Below are positions 48,872 to 58,500 of a stretch of DNA of 64,000 bases, piece after piece. Each line of letters opens with the position of its first letter. The stretch's first letter is position 1. The notes beneath the pieces were generated by a model, which did not search any database, was not told the origin of the DNA, and saw only the letters and a program-made list of their open reading frames with translations. Both the position numbers and the translations under genes were made by a program. This stretch comes from Oligoflexales bacterium (GTDB lineage Bacteria; Bdellovibrionota_B; Oligoflexia; Oligoflexales; Bog-1112): NCBI GenBank assembly GCA_045106415.1, contig JBGCEP010000027.1:32001-96000 (forward strand), in the 5' to 3' direction.

Positions 48872-50275
48872 TTAAAAACTATGAGTCGCAGAAAAAGCAA
48901 ATGTTGAAGAAACAGCTTCAATATCTTGAATCACTGAATCTCCAAGTTTCTGTGCCTTTCCGCTTCCTTGTTGGAACACTACACCAGCACCAATTTGACT
49001 ATTCGGTTGCACCCACGATGCAAAAAGAGAGGCACCGCTATAATCAACATGATCATTTTGACCTGCATATTGCTCACTCACTTCCGGTCTCGCATCATTA
49101 TTTGTAAAGATACCGACTCGTACCGGAACCGCTGGCACCACATAGTACTCCATACCTGCCGCTGCATTCAAGACCTGATTTCGTTCGTAGTAATAACGAT
49201 CCTTAGCAGCACCCCCATCTTGAACAGCAGCAAAGACTCCTTCTTTCTCTCCTTTAGACGCTGTTGTGAGAATAACATCTGTCGTCACAAGCAACCTTGT
49301 GGAACCAAACCATGCCACACCAGCTCTTAATTCATCTGGATATTTCGACCCTAAAGGATTGCTAGACTCTGATTCAATAAGGGTTCTTTGAATACCAGCT
49401 GTACTCTTCGTAGGTATCATTCCACCATTTGCTTCTTCAACAGACGTATTATCAGCGGAAACTAGCTGGAGATTAAGGCCCTCTGTCGCCACATCATACA
49501 GTTGACTGACATAGGCTCCTCCGATTTTTGCAGTCAAACCGAGGGCAACATCTCCAAAAACATACTGAGCACCAAAAACAGGTTGGATTGCCATAGCACT
49601 TAAGGATTCTCGTACATTCAAAGCGCGACGCGTGTAATTATTTGTACATGATTCTGACTGGCTCACATCCTGATAAACCTGTGTCAACTCATCAATCCCA
49701 TAATAGTTCAACCCAAAACCTAAAGAGAAATTATTCGAAATTCTATAACCAGCTCCAGCCGCATACAATGAGGTTGTCGCTTTTTGGTTCACAACTCGAT
49801 GATACCGGTGAAGAAGGTTTGAACCACTTGTACCATCATCACAGGTTCTTGAGCTCAACACCTGAGCCTCATTCTCTTTAATCAGATCGTTCTGCTCTTT
49901 TTGCTCCCCATCAAGAGTCATAATCCCAAAAGCAAACACAAGACCTTTTTCAATATGATCCAACTTATTCAACCCTCCAAAGAAAGACGGCAGGCTCCCT
50001 CCGCTTTCTTCGACAAAGTCTTTACCTGCAATTGTGCCCTTATATGTGACTGTTCTGCTGTAGAGTGCGTTAGCAGAACCTGAAATATCGTTTGAAAGTG
50101 CAAAAGCCAAGCCTGCTGGGTTATAAAAAACACCAGAGGCATCATCAGAAACACCAACAAACGCGCCTCCTAGGCCAATCGCTCTATCTCCAATCAAAAC
50201 ATTTGAATAGTGGTATTGATCAGCCAGGGCCTGAACAGGAACACTCAATAACAGCATCAATAAAACATGGTGCAT
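48872..50275 (-). CDS. FadL/TodX/OmpP1-like outer-membrane transporter
   Basis: Signal peptide; 'GDRA.GLGGAF..V.DD.S..FYNPAGLA'; C-terminal Phe. Confidence 0.7.
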   Translation of the reverse strand: MHHVLLMLLLSVPVQALADQYHYSNVLIGDRAIGLGGAFVGVSDDASGVFYNPAGLAFALSNDISGSANALYSRTVTYKGTIAGKDFVEESGGSLPSFFGGLNKLDHIEKGLVFAFGIMTLDGEQKEQNDLIKENEAQVLSSRTCDDGTSGSNLLHRYHRVVNQKATTSLYAAGAGYRISNNFSLGFGLNYYGIDELTQVYQDVSQSESCTNNYTRRALNVRESLSAMAIQPVFGAQYVFGDVALGLTAKIGGAYVSQLYDVATEGLNLQLVSADNTSVEEANGGMIPTKSTAGIQRTLIESESSNPLGSKYPDELRAGVAWFGSTRLLVTTDVILTTASKGEKEGVFAAVQDGGAAKDRYYYERNQVLNAAAGMEYYVVPAVPVRVGIFTNNDARPEVSEQYAGQNDHVDYSGASLFASWVQPNSQIGAGVVFQQGSGKAQKLGDSVIQDIEAVSSTFAFSATHSF

Positions 50276-50302
50276 AGCTCTTCTCCGTATGGTTGTTTGA
50301 AA

Positions 50303-51286
50303 TTATATTTTTGTGTTCTTTCTAGATTGAGGAAGAACTTTATAAAACTGTTGATATCTTTCTTTACCAATCGCACCCACCATTTGATGAGCTTTCATGC
50401 TTCGCAGTAGTTTTACAATTTTACGTTGTCGATTGATCACTGTGGGATGAGTTTTCTCAAGAGTTTTAAGTTTCGTATGTTTTTTACCTTGCTCTAAGCG
50501 CTGTAAAAAATGCAACATTCCTTTTGGCTCATAACCCGCTCGAATAGCATACTTGACCCCTAGCTGATCGGCCTCATACTCTAATTTTTGATCAAGCCCT
50601 TTTTCCAGAATAACTGACATACCCGCAGAGGCTGCTTGAAGTAAGCTAAGACCTGTTCCAGAGGAGCCTGAAAGATATCGAGCGAGCTTATCACCTGTTG
50701 CTGACTTTTCAGCATCAGGACGTTTGCGAACACGCATCGAGTATGGCTTTCCTTTTTCATTTTTCTTTCTGCTATCTAATTCTTTTGCTTGATCTGTTCT
50801 TTCCTTTTCATCCATTGACCGCAAAGTATCAAACATATGACGACGGCCAACATGGGCAACCTCATGCCCCAGAATCGCTGCTAATTCAGCTTCTGTTTTA
50901 ATCTTTTTCAACGCTCCAAGAGTAATTAAAATATACCCTCCTGGGCATGCAAAAGCGTTCACAGCTTCCGTATCCAAAATAGCAAACATATAGCGACGCT
51001 CAGGAGCATCACTGTAAGTGCCTATGTAGTTTCCTACTTTATTTAAGTATTCAACTGTCGAACGATCACCATAAGTTCCATAATACGTAAGGAGACGGCC
51101 AGCCATATTACGACCAATTTCAACCTCTGCTTGATATTCTTCTACTTTTTTCTGCAACGCTTTCTTTTGGCTAGAAAGTTTCACTTCAGAAGCACATCCT
51201 GCTCCCAAAGTTGCTACCAAAGCAGCAATGCAAAAAATATAAAGATCGTTTTTTTTGAACCGAAACCGCATGCAAGCCTCATTCAT
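50303..51286 (-). CDS. M48 family metallopeptidase lipoprotein
   Basis: Lipobox GAGC; 'NAFACPGG', HEVAH, 'E.EAD..G...A..AGY.P', THP. Confidence 0.88.
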   Translation of the reverse strand: MNEACMRFRFKKNDLYIFCIAALVATLGAGCASEVKLSSQKKALQKKVEEYQAEVEIGRNMAGRLLTYYGTYGDRSTVEYLNKVGNYIGTYSDAPERRYMFAILDTEAVNAFACPGGYILITLGALKKIKTEAELAAILGHEVAHVGRRHMFDTLRSMDEKERTDQAKELDSRKKNEKGKPYSMRVRKRPDAEKSATGDKLARYLSGSSGTGLSLLQAASAGMSVILEKGLDQKLEYEADQLGVKYAIRAGYEPKGMLHFLQRLEQGKKHTKLKTLEKTHPTVINRQRKIVKLLRSMKAHQMVGAIGKERYQQFYKVLPQSRKNTKI

Positions 51287-51433
51287 CTCAAATAGCTATA
51301 TAGAGATATTGTATTGCGTGGCTTTCAAAGGGTGTGAGGCAAAAAGTAGTCACTTTTAATCGCTGAACTTATTAAATCCAAAACAAATGCACTGTCAAAA
51401 ATAACCTTCGCCACCGCACACTAGGTTTTCACA

Positions 51434-51468
51434 AAAAAACCAGTAACCTCAATTGTTACTGGTTTTTT
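51434..51468. terminator. Rho-independent terminator (bidirectional form) after the SH3 gene
   Basis: aaaaaaccagtaac-ctcaatt-gttactggtttttt. Confidence 0.75.
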
Positions 51469-51497
51469 AAAAATCGTTTATTTATTGGATAATGCCG

Positions 51498-52007
51498 TCA
51501 CTTAGCTCTTTTCTCAAGTTCTGCAAAAACCATATTTTCATGTTTTTTTATGTCCTTACGAGAAAGAACGACATCTTCCATATTATAAACATGTCTGAGA
51601 TTCGGCTTAACATTTCCAGCAAATGCTGTTTCCTCACTCTCATCCAAACCTCTCACACCCATCACAGCAGATCTTTGTCGATTGTTACCAGCATCATTTT
51701 CATCACGGCCTTGTTTCACAGCCTCACGAATCGCCCCAGCAAGACCATCCTCTTCTTTAGAGACCTTATGCGTCACTTTCGTGATAGATATATAAGCAAT
51801 TGCACCCTTCACTTTAACTTGCCAATACATCCCCTCTCTTTCAACACTATCTAAAGTGTCGCCCTTTTTAAGGGTCTGTACCACAGGCGATTTTTTGCTT
51901 GGCTTTGAATACACCAAAGCTTTTTTCTTCTTAACTACAACAGTACCGGCATACAACGGACTGACCATCCAAAACGCTAAAAAGCTTAAAGTTATCAAAT
52001 TTTTCAT
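51498..52007 (-). CDS. Secreted SH3b-domain protein
   Basis: Signal peptide; 'P...S.VV..L.KGD.L......G.YW.V.....AYI'; C-terminal 'GVRGL'. Confidence 0.75.
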   Translation of the reverse strand: MKNLITLSFLAFWMVSPLYAGTVVVKKKKALVYSKPSKKSPVVQTLKKGDTLDSVEREGMYWQVKVKGAIAYISITKVTHKVSKEEDGLAGAIREAVKQGRDENDAGNNRQRSAVMGVRGLDESEETAFAGNVKPNLRHVYNMEDVVLSRKDIKKHENMVFAELEKRAK

Positions 52008-52211
52008 AATAAGCCTCCTTCAGACTTCATAAGCCACTTCGACCTCACACAGCAAAGCCTTGAGCCTTATGTCTTCACACCTAAAAAACAGCATGAATTC
52101 AAAGAGTTCTTCATTGAGTATCATGAATGATTCAAAGGTGAGAATATAGAGACTCAGAAGAACCTCAAATTCCATGAGGCCTTCTAAAAAGAAAAAACAT
52201 ATGAATTTCAA

Positions 52212-53417
52212 TTAAGTAGGGGGCATAAGCCGAACAAAGGTTTTTTTCCCTTTTCGAACAACCACACCTCGCTCGGTAAGATTCACCTGGCTATTTGGGT
52301 CGGTTTGCTTTTCACCATCAAGGTGTATCCCTCCTTGTTGAACAAGCCTTCGCCCTTCCCCTTTTGATGGGACCAACTTGGCTTCAACAAGAAGGTCCAG
52401 CAAAACACCTGACGTCACTGAAACAGTAAACTCAGGAGCACTCTCCCCATCTTTTTTGCTAAAAAGCTCACGTGCTTTCTTAGCCAGGTCACTAGCAATC
52501 TCAGCACCATGAACAAAACTAGTGACAGCTTCCGCCAAAGATTCTTTTGCTTTGTTAAGAGTTGCGCCACCCTCTTTTGTAAGGTCTTCAACAGTCTCCA
52601 GTGAGAGATCTGTTAACCATAACAAACACTTCCGCACAACCTCATCTTCAACATTTCGCCAGTACTGGTAAAAATCCCATGGAGATGTAAGCTCTGGGTC
52701 CAGCCAAACAGTTCCTTTTTCTGTTTTTCCCATTTTGCGGCCATCAGAGGTTGTTAAGAGAGGCACAGTCAATACAAAGCTCTGTTTTTGATCCATTCTC
52801 CTTATAAGATCAACACCTGCCAGCATATTGCTCCATTGGTCATCGCCACCCATTTGGACTGTAAGATCATACTGGCGGTTCAACTCGCGAAAGTCATACG
52901 CCTGCAAAAGCATATATCCCATTTCAAAAAACGTCAGCCCACTTCCGAGACGAGCTTTAAAAGCTTCAGCTGCTAACATTTTGGAGACTGGAAAGTGGCT
53001 CCCAACTTCTCTCATAAATTCTAAAAAGTTGAGTCCTGACAACCACTCAGAATTATTTACAAATTGACCTTGCCCTTCCCCTAGCTGCAGCACACGAAGA
53101 AACTGTGCCGTTTGGCATGCGATATGCTCCTGCACCTTGGCATCGTCTAACAACTGTCGCATTTCAGTTTTCCCTGAAGGATCACCAATACGCCCTGTAC
53201 CACCACCTAGAAGGACAACAACTTTATGTCCGCTTTGCTTCCATCGTTTCAGAGCCATCAAAGGCAACAAATGCCCAGCAGTTAAACTCGGTGCTGTGGG
53301 GTCAAAGCCAATATAAGCACTACGAGGTTGTTCCTTCATATGCTTTTGAAGTTCTTCTCGATGACTTATTTGAGCCACCATTTCTCTTGCTTCCATTAAC
53401 TCAATAAAATCAGTCAT
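52212..53417 (-). CDS. tyrS: Tyrosine--tRNA ligase
   Basis: 'Y.GFDPTA.SL', HIGH variant TAGH, 'Q.GG.DQW.N', KMGKT, C-terminal S4. Confidence 0.96.
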   Translation of the reverse strand: MTDFIELMEAREMVAQISHREELQKHMKEQPRSAYIGFDPTAPSLTAGHLLPLMALKRWKQSGHKVVVLLGGGTGRIGDPSGKTEMRQLLDDAKVQEHIACQTAQFLRVLQLGEGQGQFVNNSEWLSGLNFLEFMREVGSHFPVSKMLAAEAFKARLGSGLTFFEMGYMLLQAYDFRELNRQYDLTVQMGGDDQWSNMLAGVDLIRRMDQKQSFVLTVPLLTTSDGRKMGKTEKGTVWLDPELTSPWDFYQYWRNVEDEVVRKCLLWLTDLSLETVEDLTKEGGATLNKAKESLAEAVTSFVHGAEIASDLAKKARELFSKKDGESAPEFTVSVTSGVLLDLLVEAKLVPSKGEGRRLVQQGGIHLDGEKQTDPNSQVNLTERGVVVRKGKKTFVRLMPPT

Positions 53418-53507
53418 GCCTACCTCGTATACTTGCGTTCACACGAGGCTGCTACATACCATATTTAAGAAGCAAACGCTGCAATCTATACTTCATCGGA
53501 GAAATTC

Positions 53508-54062
53508 ATGCCTCTTCTCACCGAGCTCCCTAAGCCTGTCCTCTTTATAGGAGCTGCTCATTCAGGGAAATCCATTTCCGCTATGGACACTATGAAAAAA
53601 ACACAAGGAGCTGATATTATAGGAACTTGTGACCCCGCAGACCCTTTCTTCACAGAAAAAATCACCAATCTAAAAAAATTTCGTCCCTCGACTTGGTCGA
53701 GTCACGACTCTGCCACAAACCTTCTTCAACAACTTTCTCAATGCCAGCATTCACAAATCCTCATTGACTCAGCATCTCAATGGTTAGCTCACATCGCACT
53801 TTCAAGTACAAAAGAACACTATGAAGCCATTGATCAAGAGATAAAAGAGCACGGCCTTCAACTCGCACAAACCATCGTTGACATGTCCGACGCAAAAAAC
53901 ATAACAATAACAACAGCTGAAGCTGGCTACGATTTTTCACCACAGAACCCTGTTTCTCGAATATTGAGAAATAGAATTTGCGAACTCAATAAAGAACTTG
54001 CACGAATTTCACGTTCCGTTGTCCACGTAGTTGCAGGTATCCCCCATGTCATTAAAAAATGA
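53508..54062 (+). CDS. Adenosylcobinamide kinase/guanylyltransferase (CobU/CobP)-like, divergent
   Basis: P-loop GAAHSGKS, 'RP..W', 'LIDS...WL', 'LN..LA.....V..VVAGIP'. Confidence 0.7.
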   Translation: MPLLTELPKPVLFIGAAHSGKSISAMDTMKKTQGADIIGTCDPADPFFTEKITNLKKFRPSTWSSHDSATNLLQQLSQCQHSQILIDSASQWLAHIALSSTKEHYEAIDQEIKEHGLQLAQTIVDMSDAKNITITTAEAGYDFSPQNPVSRILRNRICELNKELARISRSVVHVVAGIPHVIKK

Positions 54063-54139
54063 TTCGGCAAAACATTCACCTCCAGAGAGGTGGCACACAA
54101 CCGATAGGTCTACCGTATGGATAGAACAAAGAGCTTCCA

Positions 54140-54988
54140 ATGTTAGCCAAGGTATTTCAAAACTTATGCACCGCCTTCTTTCTCGTTGGTTGCACCTATT
54201 CCAATGCTCCAAAAATACAAGTTTCAGTCGACAACCTCCGAGAAAAAAAACAAATTCAACGCGTTCTTGTGCTCCGCAACCCATTTCTACCTGAACACAT
54301 TACCCATGAGCAACTTGTCGATCACGCCGACAGGACTTGGCCAGAAAGAAATGTCAAAAATTCTCTACAGATTGAAATCTTATCTGAAATTCACATGAGT
54401 CAATTTGCACAAATTATGCCATTAGAATGGTATCGAGAATTAAAAAACAACCCTTCTGAATGGGAGGATTCTCAACAAGAACAATATCAATCAATACATA
54501 CACCAGATCCTTTACTACTCAAAAGACAGCACAAAACTCAAGGAAACGCACAGATTCAAGATCCAAGAATTCTGGTCCAAGGTGTAAAAAATGAACATGA
54601 AATACTTTATCATTTAAACTCTTCCTTTGAAGAAAAAAACTCTGAAAAGATATTTCAAATTTTCGATCAAGAAAAAAAATTTTTTGCAAATATCGCTCGT
54701 TTAAATACATGGATGTTTCAAAAACTCGATGTGGATTATTTAGTTCTTATTGATATTAACGGTGACGAAAAAGACTACAATGCAGGCAAAAAAGTTTTAT
54801 TTCGAGTGACTGTCATCGATTCAACGACAGGGTGGATCCGGGCTTCATTGACTTTACCTATACGCCAAGGGACACTTGAAATGCCGTTTCCTTCACGACT
54901 TGCTCTTGTTTCAACTAGAGCCTTTGACGAACTTCGCGACTTCGAGGATTTGATAGAACTTCCAGAGATAACCTCAGCTGAACCCTAA
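54140..54988 (+). CDS. Hypothetical lipoprotein
   Basis: Lipobox LVGC. Confidence 0.55.
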   Translation: MLAKVFQNLCTAFFLVGCTYSNAPKIQVSVDNLREKKQIQRVLVLRNPFLPEHITHEQLVDHADRTWPERNVKNSLQIEILSEIHMSQFAQIMPLEWYRELKNNPSEWEDSQQEQYQSIHTPDPLLLKRQHKTQGNAQIQDPRILVQGVKNEHEILYHLNSSFEEKNSEKIFQIFDQEKKFFANIARLNTWMFQKLDVDYLVLIDINGDEKDYNAGKKVLFRVTVIDSTTGWIRASLTLPIRQGTLEMPFPSRLALVSTRAFDELRDFEDLIELPEITSAEP

Positions 54989-55199
54989 GCCTTCAAGCGA
55001 TAATTAACAAAAATGACATAATTCTAATCCTACAATATTACAAAATGCACTATCTTTGATTCCTAAAAACAAACTTTAGGACAAATTTTTAGTAAAACCA
55101 ATATCTCTATTTTTAAACAGGCTTCAGCCAAAGACTTGCTCATTCTTGACGATTTGAGTTAGAAGAGTTTATGGTGTTTTTACAAAATCTGAGGCTGTT

Positions 55200-56177
55200 A
55201 TGAAACGATTCTTGACTCTTGTATGGATTTTATTTTCAACTTCTTTATTCGCAAAATCCAAACAAGAAAAATACAAACTTGAACAAATCAACACTCTCAT
55301 TCAACCACTCCCTCATCATCAAATTTTTTACCATTGGACTCGGCCAAACAAAGCAAAACGACTTGTTTCGCTTGGCTATCTTTCAATCCCTCGCTTTCAG
55401 GTCACTATGCACGTTGGAACGAAGCTTGATAATTTAACACTCCACGCTGGTCGAGGGATGTATATCTCTGAGCGTTACGACAATTGTTCAAAATATGGGG
55501 ACACCCTCATCGAAGTTCATGCAGTAGCTGGCACGCCTTACCTAGATCTCACACACCCTCAAACAAAAAAAAATATGCAAAGACTAAACATCAAACGCCG
55601 TGATGTCTTTACGCTAAACCCAAATGCACTCATTCGTTTTGACGAGACTCATCAATGGTGGGTCATAAAAACACGTGAAGGAATTTCTTTTGCAAATTTC
55701 CATGAACCTGATGTTTTTCGGCTTTTACGAAGTTATCGAAAATTCGTAAAAAAAGGAGACACCCCCGAAAATTACTCTCAAATACTTCCCATTTTAAGAA
55801 GAAACGTTGTCACCCAACGTGAGGGAATTCGAAAACTCACAGAACAAGAAGCTCAACCCTCTCTTCAACCTTCACCGCCCCAGAGCCTTTACCTTTGGCG
55901 AGCAGACGCTAGTTGTGGCTGGTATACAAAAAACTATCATCTCGTACAAGATGACATCTCTGATGATTTTTGCCGAGATCAACGCCAACCGACATACTCA
56001 TGGCACAAGGGCAATTGTCGCGAAACCGTAAGAGGTTATCCTCAAATCATAATTAAAGAAAGCGTAGACTCAAGACATTGCCCGATAAGATTTAGGCATA
56101 AAGGACGTTGCGCAAAACTTCGTGGAAATGAAATTCGTTATATCAAAGAATCTTATTGCCAAAATGCAGGTCTCTAA
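55200..56177 (+). CDS. Secreted protein with ADP-ribosyltransferase-like (H-Y clade) domain and Cys-rich C-terminal repeats
   Basis: Signal peptide ending LFA; 'FYHWT', 'GRGMYIS', 'SKYG.TLIEV'; three Cys-pair repeats. Confidence 0.5.
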   Translation: MKRFLTLVWILFSTSLFAKSKQEKYKLEQINTLIQPLPHHQIFYHWTRPNKAKRLVSLGYLSIPRFQVTMHVGTKLDNLTLHAGRGMYISERYDNCSKYGDTLIEVHAVAGTPYLDLTHPQTKKNMQRLNIKRRDVFTLNPNALIRFDETHQWWVIKTREGISFANFHEPDVFRLLRSYRKFVKKGDTPENYSQILPILRRNVVTQREGIRKLTEQEAQPSLQPSPPQSLYLWRADASCGWYTKNYHLVQDDISDDFCRDQRQPTYSWHKGNCRETVRGYPQIIIKESVDSRHCPIRFRHKGRCAKLRGNEIRYIKESYCQNAGL

Positions 56178-56191
56178 AAAAAGGCACAATT

Positions 56192-57403
56192 ATGAAATAC
56201 TTTTTTTCACTACTCACTTCCATCATTGCTCATAATTCATTCTCCTGCCCAGAAGTTTTTGAAAAATGGCCATTGGAGTGTGAGATTCACGACCGCTACC
56301 AAGCCGTAAAAGAAAACTTTGACCACGAGTTTGATTTAGACGTTAGGTTTCTCACTGAATATAGAACAATTCGCCTCATTCCAAGAGCTCTTATAAGCCA
56401 AGTGAAACCGACCTCCGTCCAAAATCCATGGGATTATTATCAAGATCCTCTCTCTTGGCAGTATTGGGAAAAAGGTTCACATTTTATGGAGTCACTCGCG
56501 ACAGAATTGTCGAATTCAAATCAAAACTTCAAACTGATGCATCTTCAACACCTTCATAAAAAGCTCATTGATAAAAAAAGAATAATCATGGGAAAGAGCC
56601 GATACATCCCAGGAGCCAAGCCAGGAAAACTTCGCGCTTGGCACAGTATTTTCCCTAGTGTCATCGCTTTTGCACGAGATCAATTTGATAGCCCACTATC
56701 ACCAAAACAATACGCATATCTCAATAACTATGATATCAAAGATCAAAATGACCGATCTGTTCTTCGTTTACGCTCAGGACTCAGCACTCAAGAAGGACAA
56801 CTCGCTGTTCTCTATTATTTAGAAGCTCATCGCATAGAAGGTGTGCTCCGTCATAAAATTAAAGAATTTAATAAATCATGGCGTGCTTTAAAAGCCAACG
56901 ATACGACACAAAATATTTCACCCATTGAACTCGCAGCGACTTTTCAAAAAACTCTTATTTCTATACATCCATTCCATGAGGGGAACGGCCGCGTCACACG
57001 TTTAGTTGAAGATACAATCTTGACCTCTTTCGGGCTCCCTTATGTACCAAGCGGTGACCTCACTGATGATTTACTCGATCCTATCGAACAATACGCAGCA
57101 AAAACACGTACAGCTCTCCTTAATCTCGTCCAATCCTTAGAAAACTGCCTTAAGCATCACCGAAGATCAAAACTTACACAACAACCCGTCCCACCCATGT
57201 GTAGAACACTTTATCACTCGAATCCTTTTGATACAGCTCAGGAACAAAAAGAAAGGCGCCTTATGCGCCTACGTGTCTTAAAAGCTCTACCTAAAGATCA
57301 AGAACATCCTCTTGGGACCACGGGCCAGAAAAAAGAGTCTTGGAAAAATTTTATAATCAAAAAATGGAAATCACAGCCTTCTTTCTCAATTTTAAAAAGT
57401 TAA
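56192..57403 (+). CDS. Secreted Fic-domain protein
   Basis: Complete Fic motif HPFHEGNGRVTR; 'LH..L' and 'PG.LR' upstream motifs; signal-like MKYFFSLLTSIIAHNSFS. Confidence 0.85.
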   Translation: MKYFFSLLTSIIAHNSFSCPEVFEKWPLECEIHDRYQAVKENFDHEFDLDVRFLTEYRTIRLIPRALISQVKPTSVQNPWDYYQDPLSWQYWEKGSHFMESLATELSNSNQNFKLMHLQHLHKKLIDKKRIIMGKSRYIPGAKPGKLRAWHSIFPSVIAFARDQFDSPLSPKQYAYLNNYDIKDQNDRSVLRLRSGLSTQEGQLAVLYYLEAHRIEGVLRHKIKEFNKSWRALKANDTTQNISPIELAATFQKTLISIHPFHEGNGRVTRLVEDTILTSFGLPYVPSGDLTDDLLDPIEQYAAKTRTALLNLVQSLENCLKHHRRSKLTQQPVPPMCRTLYHSNPFDTAQEQKERRLMRLRVLKALPKDQEHPLGTTGQKKESWKNFIIKKWKSQPSFSILKS

Positions 57404-57430
57404 AAACAGAGGAAGAGGGCCACAATAAAA

Positions 57431-58114
57431 CTAGCGATTTGCAATCACAAGTCTGCAAGCTCCAAATAAAAAAGAAACCTGCTCAACACTCTGAAAACCT
57501 GCCTCTCGAAGTTTCAATTCAAGAGCATCCGCAGAATTAAAATCTTCTACACTTTTAGGCAAATAACGGTAAGCACTGCTATCACTCAGAGCACCACCAA
57601 TACGCGGCAGAATTTGATGAAAATAAAACTGAAAGAAACGACTCAGCATCCCTGATTTTGGCAAGAAAAACTCTAATATCAATAAACGCCCACTTGATGT
57701 CAACACTCGGTGAAACTCACGAATTGCTTTTTTCTGATCAACCACATTACGCAAGCCAAACGATATAGTCACACAATCAAAGCTATGTGGTGCAAAAGCT
57801 AAGGCTTCTGCGCTCATCGTTTGTAAATCAGCAACAATATTATGTTTTTTCAGCTTCCGCTCACCGAGAGCTAACATTCCTTTTGAAATATCAACTCCTT
57901 GCAAATGCGACGTTTGATTCGATGCTGCAATCAAAACATCAGCAGTACCTGTTGCCACATCTAATAGTCGTGCATTTTTGGGAATGTTTCGTATAAGGTG
58001 ACGACGCCATCGGCGATCTTGTCCAGCACTCAAAATTAAATTTAACATATCATAGCGAGGAGCAATTTTATCGAACATGCCCGCAATTACCTGCTCACTT
58101 TGAGGCTTTACCAT
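57431..58114 (-). CDS. menG: Ubiquinone/menaquinone biosynthesis methyltransferase
   Basis: 'MFD.IAPRYD.LN..LS.G.D..WR', 'LDVATGT.D', 'FGLRNV', 'AY.YLP.SV'. Confidence 0.92.
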   Translation of the reverse strand: MVKPQSEQVIAGMFDKIAPRYDMLNLILSAGQDRRWRRHLIRNIPKNARLLDVATGTADVLIAASNQTSHLQGVDISKGMLALGERKLKKHNIVADLQTMSAEALAFAPHSFDCVTISFGLRNVVDQKKAIREFHRVLTSSGRLLILEFFLPKSGMLSRFFQFYFHQILPRIGGALSDSSAYRYLPKSVEDFNSADALELKLREAGFQSVEQVSFLFGACRLVIANR

Positions 58115-58211
58115 GCGTGTACCCTTTCAAAAAATCATAGAAAACAGCATATGTAGGATATGCGGAAATAGACCTGTTTGAAAGAAGTGTTTTGCATTTC
58201 ACTTATAAAAA

Positions 58212-58472
58212 CTAACTTGCACCTTGATCAGTAACTTTTTCTAATTGTTTACGAATCAAATTTTGGCAAAAATCTGCAAGAACCACAGGATCCTCACCAT
58301 GACAGATCAAAGACCCAAGACGATGGGCCATTAAACCTGAAATTTCATGAGGCTGAGTTCCTGCCATCACACAGTCTAATATCCATTCGTCAAGCTGATC
58401 AGCAAAATTTTTCATCCTAAGAACATCTTCAGCTTGTCGTCGATCTTGCGGAAACTGAATCACATCACCCAT
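58212..58472 (-). CDS. Small hypothetical protein
   Basis: ggagg RBS; N-terminal 'MGDVIQFP'. Confidence 0.6.
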   Translation of the reverse strand: MGDVIQFPQDRRQAEDVLRMKNFADQLDEWILDCVMAGTQPHEISGLMAHRLGSLICHGEDPVVLADFCQNLIRKQLEKVTDQGAS

Positions 58473-58500
58473 CACTTCACCTCCTGTCTTTGACACAGCC

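Noticed and set aside
52020..52211. 63-aa minus ORF and catgaa-rich spacer between tyrS and the SH3 gene
   Set aside because: No convincing RBS, low-complexity product, and repeats too irregular to call.
52212..53417. TAGH in place of HIGH in TyrRS as inactivation
   Set aside because: All other motifs are intact, and first-position HIGH variants occur in functional class I synthetases.
56192..57403. Fic gene as a classical toxin-antitoxin module
   Set aside because: No small upstream antitoxin ORF; the leader peptide and cysteines point to export.
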